A stretch of DNA of 64,000 nucleotides from a virus (lineage: Duplodnaviria > Heunggongvirae > Uroviricota > Caudoviricetes). Location: positions 64,001 through 128,000 of the IMG/VR virus record IMGVR_UViG_3300049460_000121; one strand, written 5' to 3'. Below, piece by piece: positions 19,310-28,163 of this stretch. The notes under the pieces were generated by a model. It was given only the letters and a program-made list of their open reading frames with translations, did no database searches and was not told the DNA's origin. The translations under genes and the position numbers were made by a program. The stretch's first letter is position 1; each line of letters begins with the position of its first letter.

Positions 19310-20887
19310 TTAACGGACGTGATCATTCAGCTTGATCAGGATTTCAGCCAAGCGATTGCGGACGCTAGGCGAGATATCCAGGTACTCTGAAAGATCAGCG
19401 CGGTTGTATTCTACAGCGAGCTGTTTAGGGCAGTCGATGAACCAATCGGACCGCATGAACTCTTTGATGATCTCTTCGATGCCCCGCACTGCCGAGTTGG
19501 CAATGAACAGTTGATCGTCACGCTTAGGATCAGGCATCAGGTACGGGTTGATAACATCCAACACGTCCCGGTGCGTTTGGCTAACTTTCGCCTTGCTGAG
19601 TTCAGTGGTGATTGCTGATACGTCCTTTCGGGCAGTCAGCATGATGGCCAAGTCCAGGAATCCCCATTCCCAGAGAATCGTCTGCGCTACAGCCATGTTG
19701 TTCTTCAATGTTTCCATGTCGAACATGTCAATCACCACACCGGCGATAACAGTGGACATGATCCAAGCGGCCAGGCCTTTCTGGGCCCGTGTCGGGTTGA
19801 AGTCTTCAATGGTTGCGATGTGAGCGATAGCCGCTTGCAAACGCTCCGGTTGGTAGTTCGGATCGATTGCGGCAGCGCAAGTGTGGTACTCGTTCACGTA
19901 CAGCTGGATGAGAGTCAACTCACCGGCGGTAATCGCTTCCTTCATCTTGTACATCGACCAGACGGAGGAGTTATCCTCAACTGGCCCAGCTCCGCTCTTC
20001 TTCTCGGCGACTTGCTGTTTGAACTCGGTAGCCATGCGGTCAAACCGGCCATCGATATAGTTGTACAAGATCTTCATCAGGTGATCACGCTCACGCTCAA
20101 TAGAGAGTGGGGCAATCGAGAGCTTACGGATAACGGCCAGAGCCAACAGGTACGTCGGGATTTCTTCCGACGACATGAAGTTCAGTGCCGCGGTGATGTC
20201 GTACGTGGTTTCTTTGAGATTAGCCCGAACGTACACGTCCAAGCGAGTAAACGCTGGGATCTTGTAGAACTTGCTGTTCATGATCAACTGGTAGGAGGTG
20301 AACTCCTTCATGTTGATGTTTGACTCTTTGCCTGCGATCGGCAGATAGAAACCCCAGATTGGGATCATCAGACGCAAGCCCAATGCCACAGCCACCAGAT
20401 CGATGTATTCCTGGAGGCGGTAGGTCAGGGACTTGTAGGTTGGGGTGATCTTGTCTTCAGTCACGTAATCGTCCGACAGTTCCTGCGGTAGCCGGATCTT
20501 CGGATTGGTGACGATGAATTCGCGCAACTGGTCGAACTTGACGATATTGTAGATACCGTTGACTTCACGCATGATGGCACGCGTCAGGTCGTCGATGTTG
20601 CAGTCTTTCGGGTTGGACTGAGTAAAGATACCTTCCAGCTTTTCGTAATGCAGGAACAGCTGGTCCTTCTGATCTTCGGACAAGTACTTCTGGAGAAACT
20701 GGTTGATCTCCGCGAACATGTCAAGATGGCTCCCAATCTCATCGTCCTCACGAACGGAAGCATTGGGACGGGCGGTCGAGTAGCCTCCTGTTGGGAAGAA
20801 CAACTCACCTTCCGTACCGGGTTCCCGCGTTAGCGACACCGCGGAGAAACTTCGTTCGGTGTAGGTAGAGATTTTAAATTCCATCAC
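19310..20887 (-). CDS. Non-virion RNAP sigma-like specificity subunit (phiKZ gp68-like)
   Basis: 525 aa, helical; FAEIN.F and LRLMIPIWG motifs; synteny with the nvRNAP block. Confidence 0.75.
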   Translation of the reverse strand: MMEFKISTYTERSFSAVSLTREPGTEGELFFPTGGYSTARPNASVREDDEIGSHLDMFAEINQFLQKYLSEDQKDQLFLHYEKLEGIFTQSNPKDCNIDDLTRAIMREVNGIYNIVKFDQLREFIVTNPKIRLPQELSDDYVTEDKITPTYKSLTYRLQEYIDLVAVALGLRLMIPIWGFYLPIAGKESNINMKEFTSYQLIMNSKFYKIPAFTRLDVYVRANLKETTYDITAALNFMSSEEIPTYLLALAVIRKLSIAPLSIERERDHLMKILYNYIDGRFDRMATEFKQQVAEKKSGAGPVEDNSSVWSMYKMKEAITAGELTLIQLYVNEYHTCAAAIDPNYQPERLQAAIAHIATIEDFNPTRAQKGLAAWIMSTVIAGVVIDMFDMETLKNNMAVAQTILWEWGFLDLAIMLTARKDVSAITTELSKAKVSQTHRDVLDVINPYLMPDPKRDDQLFIANSAVRGIEEIIKEFMRSDWFIDCPKQLAVEYNRADLSEYLDISPSVRNRLAEILIKLNDHVR

Positions 20888-20910
20888 GGACTCCTAGGTG
20901 AGTGGTCACT

Positions 20911-20940
20911 AGTATAATGTAGCATTGTAAAGTTTTATCA
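20911..20940 (-). promoter_or_regulatory. Putative phage promoter
   Basis: Minus strand reads ATAAAACTTTACAATGCTACATTATACT. Confidence 0.7.
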
Positions 20941-21022
20941 TGAACGGGCATAATTTCCTCGATACAGGCCCCAAAGGGACCTGTACCTTAGATCGAGATA
21001 CCGTGGTTTACTTGGTTAGACC

Positions 21023-21820
21023 CTAGAAAGGGATATCGTCGTCGAAGCTATCGGACGCTGGGGCCGGTGCTTGTTGTGGACGAGGAGCTTGTTGCTGATT
21101 GCCGCCGTTGTAGTTGTTACCGCCACCACCGCCGTTGTTTGGACGATTGTAGTTGTTACCACCACCGCCACCTGGACGTTGGCCACCGTTGGCCTGAGCA
21201 TTCTGCATGCGCTCAAGACGTTTCTTCTTCTGGAACTCTGGTTCTTTCCAGTTCACCGCGAAGTTGGTGTTGTAGATGTCGCCCAACGCTTTGGCCCAAC
21301 CGGCCGCTGCAACTGGGGAGGTGATCTTCAGAGGAGCCGGCTGGCCGTTCTGAGTGATCGGGTGGAAATCACCTGGCTCGAATACGAACTCGACCAGTTG
21401 CATCTTCTTGGCAGCCAATGCGATGGTAACAACGCCATCGGCGCGCTTCTGAACCTGGGTCTTCGAAATGATGACTCGGTCTTTGGAGCGAATGGACTTG
21501 CCCTGATCGCGGTCCCAGATGAACGGGTGACCCCAGTTCTCGACTTCGAACGAAATCTCGTTAGGGTAGGCCGCTACCTTTTCCAGAAGGATCAGCAGAG
21601 TGTTGAACTCTTTTGGATCCATCGGGCCCTCGATTTTCATCGGGTAGCCTTTCTCGGTTTTCATGCCGAGGTCGACTTCGATGCAAGGGTTGTTTTCGAT
21701 CAACTTGATGCGCAGGCTTGGTGGGTATGCGCCTTCCTGGATTGGTTTGCCATACAGACGCAGCTTACTGTCATCCATGCAGCCTGGGTCACGACGAGCT
21801 TTCTCTGGTGCGTTCGACAT
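21023..21820 (-). CDS. Protein with a Gly/Asn/Gln linker and SSB-type C-terminal tip DSFDDDIPF (phiKZ gp67 position); putative ssDNA/RNA-binding protein
   Basis: Beta-rich N-terminal domain; C-terminus matches the bacterial SSB tip DDDIPF. Confidence 0.7.
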   Translation of the reverse strand: MSNAPEKARRDPGCMDDSKLRLYGKPIQEGAYPPSLRIKLIENNPCIEVDLGMKTEKGYPMKIEGPMDPKEFNTLLILLEKVAAYPNEISFEVENWGHPFIWDRDQGKSIRSKDRVIISKTQVQKRADGVVTIALAAKKMQLVEFVFEPGDFHPITQNGQPAPLKITSPVAAAGWAKALGDIYNTNFAVNWKEPEFQKKKRLERMQNAQANGGQRPGGGGGNNYNRPNNGGGGGNNYNGGNQQQAPRPQQAPAPASDSFDDDIPF

Positions 21821-21875
21821 TAATACTTCTCTTGACGAGTGGGGAATAGTGCAGTGCAACTAATGCGCACGACAT

Positions 21876-21887
21876 GTAAAATTTAAA
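21876..21887 (-). promoter_or_regulatory. Putative middle-type promoter element (AAATTTTAC)
   Basis: Matches the AAanntTAC-type motif described for phiKZ middle promoters. Confidence 0.45.
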
Positions 21888-22740
21888 AGCGGTAGAGGTC
21901 TTTCACCAGCGCTTCGAGTGCCGGATCACGATTCTGCTCCACACAATAGATGACGAAGTCTTTCGTCGTCATTGGTGTCCATTTGTTCTTCTCAGACAGC
22001 TCGATCAACTTCTGACGAACCTTGAGATTCATAGGAGTGAACGTGACGTTGTCACCGAACATTTGGACCGTCATCCGGTCAAACGGAATGCGCTCCAGCT
22101 CTTTGCCGTCCTTTAACTTGGTGTTCCACAGGGATGGCGGCTTAACGGCGCCTGTGTGGGATTCCAGCAAAGTCAGGCTGTCAAACTTGTAACGCTCAAG
22201 TAGATCCACAGGATAGTGAGAAATCAACAGCACCTTGCTGTGGACCTCTGGAAACTTCCGGGTCAGGGTCAAATACGGGATATGGCCCTGGTACTCACTA
22301 TCGATCACCTTGAGGACTTGTTCCTCGAAGATGTGTGAAGCTTTCTGCCCTGGTGACGTTGGGACCTTGAGGATCGCCTTGTTGAAGGTGTAGGTCAGGT
22401 CGTTGTAGCTACATTTATAGAAGGCTACATCAAACCGACCATCCCCATGCTCCACGCAGACCGTTTCAATCGCCCGCATCTCATTGACGATGTACTCAGC
22501 CACCGTCTGCTCAGTGAGGTGCTTGCGGTCCTCGGTCTTGATAGAACCCATCAGGTTACGGATCAGTGTCCGCATATTAACCCAGAGGGTGTCGTGGTCC
22601 TGGATAGGCGGGTGAGCGTTGGGGGCGTCTGGGAAGATGCCGATCAACGACTCAATAGCCAGGGACGTGGAGATGGAGATGGGAAACTGACCAACCGCCC
22701 GATTGGTCAAGAGTTCCCGCGAAACTGATTCTAAGGACAT
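21883..22740 (-). CDS. Putative PIN/FEN-like 5'-3' nuclease-fold protein
   Basis: LWVNMRTLIRN, LLISHYPVDLL, LLESHTG and QMFGD (H3TH-like GD) motifs. Confidence 0.55.
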   Translation of the reverse strand: MSLESVSRELLTNRAVGQFPISISTSLAIESLIGIFPDAPNAHPPIQDHDTLWVNMRTLIRNLMGSIKTEDRKHLTEQTVAEYIVNEMRAIETVCVEHGDGRFDVAFYKCSYNDLTYTFNKAILKVPTSPGQKASHIFEEQVLKVIDSEYQGHIPYLTLTRKFPEVHSKVLLISHYPVDLLERYKFDSLTLLESHTGAVKPPSLWNTKLKDGKELERIPFDRMTVQMFGDNVTFTPMNLKVRQKLIELSEKNKWTPMTTKDFVIYCVEQNRDPALEALVKDLYRF

Positions 22741-22761
22741 GGGATCACTCCTAATGAGCGA

Positions 22762-22962
22762 TTATTGGTTACCCGGCCAAGTGACGGCGTCGGCTTTACC
22801 GGTGAAGACCATCCAGGCAAGTTTGATGCGGCGGACAATGCCGCCATAGCCCAGTGGTCGTGCTGGAACCCATTGATTCCCAATGTTGACCGAATTACCT
22901 ACCTCACCGGTAGTGGATTTGATCAGTTGGGTCAGGGTGTACAGGCGTGGGGTGTTCTTCAT
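22762..22962 (-). CDS. Small phage hypothetical protein
   Basis: ATGA overlap with the nuclease stop; GGAGG RBS; WVPARP...RIKLAWMVFTGKADA. Confidence 0.65.
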   Translation of the reverse strand: MKNTPRLYTLTQLIKSTTGEVGNSVNIGNQWVPARPLGYGGIVRRIKLAWMVFTGKADAVTWPGNQ

Positions 22963-24146
22963 GCAGCCTCCGCGAGGATTCGTTTGATACAGTCGAGTAC
23001 GGGTTTCTCTACATCTTTCACACGCGACCACAGGAGGTCGTTGATCGTATCAGGACGGATAGCCACGATGACTGGCCGTTCGATAAGCTCGGTTGTGTCT
23101 GGCGTGTAGGCATCAGCTTCCACCACCTTGGTCGTGATGTTGAACTGAGGGAACCGGGCCTTGATCTCAGCCAGGGCTGCGTACACGGGATCCTCACGAC
23201 TGATCTCCAACCGGATATGGCTACCGGATGGGAGGTTCTCACGACCCTCCAGGAACTTGTACGCAGCTTTGATCTGCACACCCTTGAGGTCGAAGGTCGA
23301 GAAGATAGTAGCGTCGTCATTGACGATGAAGAGTTCGTTAGCCGCTGTCCAATCTTTACAAATCGTGAACTGGAGGTGGCCTTTGTCCTCCTCCTCATTA
23401 TGCCGCAAACGCTCAGGGGAGCCGGGCACAGTGATTCGCCCACAGGTGGTGTGGGTGTGGTGGTGGCCGATGTAGATCCGCTCTGTCACGATCGAGTGGT
23501 AGTTCTCCACATTGTGGCTGACCACGGTGCGGATTGGCTCTTGGTACGTGAACATGCCGTGCATAAACGCATATTGTACCTGAGGGACTCCACGTTGACG
23601 CAGGAGCTCGTTTACCTGCATCCAGGTAACACTGGCGTCGTGGTTTACTTCGTCCGGCACATAAAGCGCCAGAGGCCCTCCAGCGTACAACTCATCAATC
23701 GCCAGCGTGCCGTAGTACTTGATGTCGAGGTTGATGTTCGACACTTCGTTAATCAATGGCAGCCAACGCGACTGTTTGTTGTCGTGGCTAGGGGTACCTT
23801 CCAGAATCCGTACAGCGACGTTGTGTTTGGCGCACTGACGGAGGAAGATCTCGATCCACCTGGTGATCAGCAATGCATCATCGCTGTCGTAGGTCAATCG
23901 TTTGTCGAATAAGTCACCAGTAATCATGATCATGTCAAGAAGCTTTAACCGCTCCTCGGGGAACATGGTCATCAGGGTCTTGATCACTTTGCTGGCGTGG
24001 ACTCGTCCATGTCCCAAATGGACGTCGCTGATCAGCGCCACGGTATAACCAGCCGCTACTTCACGGATGGCAGCAGTTATACCGTTGAGCTTAACGCGGA
24101 GGATGCGAGTCTCAGTAGATGAGGTCATCGTCTGAGGAGTCGTCAT
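22959..24146 (-). CDS. SbcD/Mre11-like metallophosphoesterase nuclease
   Basis: DVHLGH, GDLFD, GTPSHD, MHG, GHHH and PGS motifs. Confidence 0.92.
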   Translation of the reverse strand: MTTPQTMTSSTETRILRVKLNGITAAIREVAAGYTVALISDVHLGHGRVHASKVIKTLMTMFPEERLKLLDMIMITGDLFDKRLTYDSDDALLITRWIEIFLRQCAKHNVAVRILEGTPSHDNKQSRWLPLINEVSNINLDIKYYGTLAIDELYAGGPLALYVPDEVNHDASVTWMQVNELLRQRGVPQVQYAFMHGMFTYQEPIRTVVSHNVENYHSIVTERIYIGHHHTHTTCGRITVPGSPERLRHNEEEDKGHLQFTICKDWTAANELFIVNDDATIFSTFDLKGVQIKAAYKFLEGRENLPSGSHIRLEISREDPVYAALAEIKARFPQFNITTKVVEADAYTPDTTELIERPVIVAIRPDTINDLLWSRVKDVEKPVLDCIKRILAEAA

Positions 24147-24762
24147 GGGTCTCTTCTGGTTGCGGGGCTGGTAGTGCCGCTTGTGTGGTATTGCGTTTCT
24201 TGGCCAGTGCCAGGATCTCGTCAGCTTGAGGTCCGAGCAGTTCTTCCATAGGTATCTGGTAGAACTTGTAAATATCTACCAACAACATAATCGCATCGGC
24301 GCGATGATGCATTTCGGTTTGAGGCTTATGGGCCTCGTAGATACCGTCTTCGATAGCCATCACACCGCGCATGTCGCCGTTGACGATCATATCGGTCTGT
24401 TGCTGTACGATGTGGTGGGTTGTGGTGAAACGACCCTCAGGCGGCGTTGTCTTGAGCTCAATGTCAATGAATGCTGGTGGGCAGACAAACAGCAACTCAC
24501 CGGAATCATTGACGATGTTCATCGGGTTGTTCAGGCCATCAGCCGTGTTCAACCAAACGCCCAGGTCTTCACAGACCTCGTTACGTACACGCTTGCGTAC
24601 GATAGGCAGTATGACCGCCTGGAAGTACTTCTCCCGCACGTTACGGATTCGGGCTGAGCTACCGGCGTTGATCGCGGCAACCGCACTGTCGAAGCCTTCC
24701 AGGCCCCGACGTACGATTTCTTGATAAGTGTGGTCGGCTTGGGCTTGGGTGAATTGGGTCAT
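24112..24762 (-). CDS. Hypothetical protein, probably conserved
   Basis: AGGA RBS; acidic C-terminus. Confidence 0.7.
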   Translation of the reverse strand: MTQFTQAQADHTYQEIVRRGLEGFDSAVAAINAGSSARIRNVREKYFQAVILPIVRKRVRNEVCEDLGVWLNTADGLNNPMNIVNDSGELLFVCPPAFIDIELKTTPPEGRFTTTHHIVQQQTDMIVNGDMRGVMAIEDGIYEAHKPQTEMHHRADAIMLLVDIYKFYQIPMEELLGPQADEILALAKKRNTTQAALPAPQPEETHDDSSDDDLIY

Positions 24763-24822
24763 AAATGAATTCCTGTCAAGCTGGAGGGTTTTCACCCTCC
24801 AGCTGTGATTGTTACGGCCTAA

Positions 24823-25422
24823 TTACTGAACCGCTGCTGCCACAGTCGCGGCTTCAGAGGATTTCAGCAGTTCTTCAGGACTGGCGCTGTCCAGCTTTTC
24901 GCGCAGAGCTTCGGTAGCCTGGAACATGTCGGTCATGGCTTCCATGTGCGCTTCGATGCCGGCGGCGGTAGTCACGTAGAAGACTAGACCTGGCTGCACT
25001 GCCTGAGACAGAACCAGCTTGGACAGCATTTCCAGAGGAGCAGCTTCCAGAGGCATTGCTTTCCAGACCGGACGGGTCATCTGCACGCCATTCACTTCGT
25101 GCGGTTCCAGGACCAGCTTGCCTTCGGCGTCTTTGGCTTCTTCTTCGAACTTGACGAAGAACTCACCTTCGTTGATGCCGACGGTTGCACGAGCCGAACC
25201 GCGGTAGTAGGTGCCGACTACTACTGGACGGAACTGAGCACGCTCGTCCTTGGCACGACGTTCCTGAACCAGGCCCAGCAGGAAGCCCAACAGGGATTCA
25301 GCCTGGATGGCCTTGTTTTCAGGGATGCTCAGCACTTCGGTCATGGTACCGGCTACGAAGGCACGCAGCTCTTCGGTAGTTTGTGGGAACGCGATCGGTG
25401 CAGGGGTTTGAACTTCAGACAT
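24823..25422 (-). CDS. Hypothetical protein with highly expressed codon bias
   Basis: AAGGA RBS; hairpin downstream at about 24779-24803. Confidence 0.75.
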   Translation of the reverse strand: MSEVQTPAPIAFPQTTEELRAFVAGTMTEVLSIPENKAIQAESLLGFLLGLVQERRAKDERAQFRPVVVGTYYRGSARATVGINEGEFFVKFEEEAKDAEGKLVLEPHEVNGVQMTRPVWKAMPLEAAPLEMLSKLVLSQAVQPGLVFYVTTAAGIEAHMEAMTDMFQATEALREKLDSASPEELLKSSEAATVAAAVQ

Positions 25423-25451
25423 GGTACTTCCTTAATAGGCGGGTTTTTTGA

Positions 25452-25877
25452 TTACGAGGCGTAAACGATGGCACCATTACTAACGTTTACAATGGACTTG
25501 AGGGCTGAATCTCGAGTCGTCAGCGCGTACCCAACACTGGTGCTGGTGGTGCCTGCTGCTGTACTGTCGGTCACCGTCGCCTCAACTTTCAGGTTGATTC
25601 CAGGATCGTCCCCATCGTTCTCGACGGATACGTTCACTGTGGCGCTGGAGAAGAATTTTGCCAGGAATTTCTGGAGTTCCGCTTGAACCTCACCCGGAAT
25701 GGTTAGGTCATCATCCCCGTAGAGTTGAATGATCTTGGCCAAAGAGGTGATGTTGCCACGGTACAGAGTGGTCTGGCTATGTTTTGCGAAGAAGAAACAG
25801 CACATCAGGTAGTCGATCTTGATATCGATATCAGCGATGACCCCTTCCTTGCCTAGTCCTAGGATGCTCGTGGACAC
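25452..25877 (-). CDS. Hypothetical protein; possible gp25-like baseplate/sheath initiator
   Basis: GAGG RBS with GTG start; size and helix-helix-beta layout fit the gp25 fold (inference). Confidence 0.5.
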   Translation of the reverse strand: MSTSILGLGKEGVIADIDIKIDYLMCCFFFAKHSQTTLYRGNITSLAKIIQLYGDDDLTIPGEVQAELQKFLAKFFSSATVNVSVENDGDDPGINLKVEATVTDSTAAGTTSTSVGYALTTRDSALKSIVNVSNGAIVYAS

Positions 25878-25916
25878 AGGATGATACCTCGGCCATGGAA
25901 TACATCCTATTACGAC

Positions 25917-25961
25917 AAAAAAAGAAAGGGAGTAGGGGAGCCGAAGCTCCCCAGTCCTTTA
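25917..25961 (-). terminator. Hairpin (UUCG-type loop) plus U-tract terminator
   Basis: ggggagccgaagctcccc preceded by aaaaaaagaaag; 27 bp identical to 60999-61025. Confidence 0.8.
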
Positions 25962-26582
25962 CAACGTCTTGCGGGTTGGACTGCCAGGATCCTGCTTGCC
26001 CCGGTCCAGAATCTCTGCGAGAGTCCGGTGGGTGTCGCGGGCGGCATCTTTCTCGTTCTGGTTGAACTTGGCGTCGCCGTGTTCATCCACAATTCCAAGG
26101 TAAGTAACGAAAGTATCTTCGCCCTCTTCACCTTCGGCATGCACACCGTTGTAGATCTCACGGTACATGTCGTGTTCCCGACCGATGCTGTCGCGCTCGT
26201 CGTCTTCGTACAGACCGTCGTACCCATCTGCCTGACCTTTATACCACAGGGCCCGGTAGCGTGGGAACGCCATGACGATTGCGCGGTTACGCGGTTTGGC
26301 ATTCTGGAAGTCGCCCAGGTCCACCAGGGGAAGAATGCGGTCTTCATCCCAGCGTTTACCGAAGCGATCCCGCATACCTTCCACACGATCGCGGATGGAG
26401 CTGAAGTCGAAGTTGTCCAACGCTTCTTTCGCGCGGCCCAGGTACCGTGAAGCAAAGTTCCCAGCCGTGCGCGCGACTTTGTCGATACGATCCCGGAAGA
26501 ACTCCAGGTCGTTACGCGACATCATCCCGTGTGTCGATGCGTGTATCACATCGGCGTCACCGTCGCTCACAATGTACGCCAT
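25959..26582 (-). CDS. Conserved protein downstream of the nvRNAP beta' N subunit (approximately the phiKZ gp59/Imp3 position)
   Basis: GGAGG RBS. The identity rests on synteny only. Confidence 0.55.
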   Translation of the reverse strand: MAYIVSDGDADVIHASTHGMMSRNDLEFFRDRIDKVARTAGNFASRYLGRAKEALDNFDFSSIRDRVEGMRDRFGKRWDEDRILPLVDLGDFQNAKPRNRAIVMAFPRYRALWYKGQADGYDGLYEDDERDSIGREHDMYREIYNGVHAEGEEGEDTFVTYLGIVDEHGDAKFNQNEKDAARDTHRTLAEILDRGKQDPGSPTRKTL

Positions 26583-26587
26583 GATAG

Positions 26588-28078
26588 TTAACCCTCCAAT
26601 TCAACAGAATAATCTTCACCTTCCTCAAGTCTAGCGTTAATGGTTGACAATACCGGAGCCGGGATCATCGCATGGTCGCTCACTTGGAAAGGTACGTCCA
26701 AGTCCATGATGCCAGTGCTAGGGGCCATCCGATCGAAAGCGCGGGCTGTGAAATTATCCAGCGCCAGTTGACCAGACATGTAGTCGCCGTCGAAGTCGGC
26801 GTTTGGTGCCTTGAGGCAGAGTACCGAGATACTGGTACTCAGTTGGTTCGGATCACGCTTGATGGTTCTGATGTAGAAGCGCTGAGTGGAGCCACGCTTC
26901 AGGGACGGGAATCGCGTGAATGTACACGGTATCCCTTTGCCGCCAGGCGTTTCCGCGATCAACTGATCGAAGATTCGCTCCAGCTTGTGGTGAGTTCGTA
27001 GAACGTTGTCGTAGATGAGGGTGAAGATCTCGTTGGGAGTATAACCTTCTCTACGTAATTTGTTCGCAATGTGAAGTTTTAACGTTAAGACCGCAGTGCC
27101 CCAAGGAATGTCGAGTTCTTCGTGGTTATGCGGCGTGTGTTTGGAAGTGATCACCGTCCGGAAAGTCCAGTGCGGATCCACCCCGTAGGCCAACTTGCGG
27201 AAGATCCCCTTCTTCGGGAAGATCTTGTTCTTTTCGTTCTCCTGATAGTACATCACCAGGTTAGCCAGAGATCGAGCCACGCGGGACTCTACCTGAGACA
27301 TGGAACGTTTGCGGGCACGTTCAGTGTTCGCAATGGACAGCAATGCGTTCAACGCAGGAGCCATTTTCGGATCCGCGTAGATTCTTTCCCCTACGGTCTC
27401 CAGAATGAACCCGATCTTACTCGGGAATGGCAGGTATTTGCAGAACACCACGTTACGGATCATGTCGATAAATCGAAGCATTTCCTTCCCTTCTTTGTCA
27501 GCAAAGAAAGTCCGTGTGCGGCATAAAGCAGTAATGATGGCGTCAAAGTTGTCATGGAACGAGGTCAGACCACGTTTGAAACCCATACGGGTAACGACAG
27601 CTTCAACGGGACAGTCCTCTTTCAAGGCCTGATAAGACGGGTCCAAGAACCAGTCCAGTGCAGAGAATCCATTCTTTAACAGCTTCTTGCGGAGCTGCGT
27701 ATAAACGGTTAGGTTTAGGAATCCAGGGATCCCATCCGGTACGCGTACCCACACCAGAGGTTCAATACTCTGTTCAGTTACGGGCAAGCATTCAAAACCA
27801 CAGTTCGGACACATGCGATGAACCAGGTGCCCACCTTTTGTCTCGCGGCAGGGGCAGGAGGGAACGTTAGAGAACACGTCACCATCGTAGCTACTGTACA
27901 CAAGACGGTTAAACCGGACTCGACCTTCTTCCGTCGACAGGTCAATGTCGTTTGCCAACACTGGCTCGGTACCCAAACGGCGAAACAGATCGTCGTAATC
28001 TACGATGATCGGATAGATGCCCTTACGTCCAATGTACCGGAATCGGGGCTCTGTAATATCGCCTGTAATGAGTTCCAT
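26588..28078 (-). CDS. Non-virion RNA polymerase beta' N-terminal/catalytic subunit (phiKZ gp55-like, intron-free)
   Basis: NADFDGD catalytic motif; SCPC...CPNC Zn finger; KKGIFRK; FRTVITS; RFPSL. Confidence 0.95.
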   Translation of the reverse strand: MELITGDITEPRFRYIGRKGIYPIIVDYDDLFRRLGTEPVLANDIDLSTEEGRVRFNRLVYSSYDGDVFSNVPSCPCRETKGGHLVHRMCPNCGFECLPVTEQSIEPLVWVRVPDGIPGFLNLTVYTQLRKKLLKNGFSALDWFLDPSYQALKEDCPVEAVVTRMGFKRGLTSFHDNFDAIITALCRTRTFFADKEGKEMLRFIDMIRNVVFCKYLPFPSKIGFILETVGERIYADPKMAPALNALLSIANTERARKRSMSQVESRVARSLANLVMYYQENEKNKIFPKKGIFRKLAYGVDPHWTFRTVITSKHTPHNHEELDIPWGTAVLTLKLHIANKLRREGYTPNEIFTLIYDNVLRTHHKLERIFDQLIAETPGGKGIPCTFTRFPSLKRGSTQRFYIRTIKRDPNQLSTSISVLCLKAPNADFDGDYMSGQLALDNFTARAFDRMAPSTGIMDLDVPFQVSDHAMIPAPVLSTINARLEEGEDYSVELEG

Positions 28079-28100
28079 ACTTCTCTCCGGTGGGACATAA

Positions 28101-28137
28101 ATAAAAAATAGAGCAGGAGGGGTTTCCCCCTCCGCTC
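28101..28137 (-). terminator. Terminator after chimallin
   Basis: ggagggg-tttc-cccctcc with an adjacent A-tract. Confidence 0.7.
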
Positions 28138-28163
28138 CAGGTTTACGCTACCACTAAAGGAAC

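Noticed and set aside
25910-26455. Same-strand alternative-frame ORF overlapping 25959..26582, whose tail matches ORF 60974..61180 (KGLGSFGSP)
   Set aside because: The peptide match is only the translation of the duplicated terminator.
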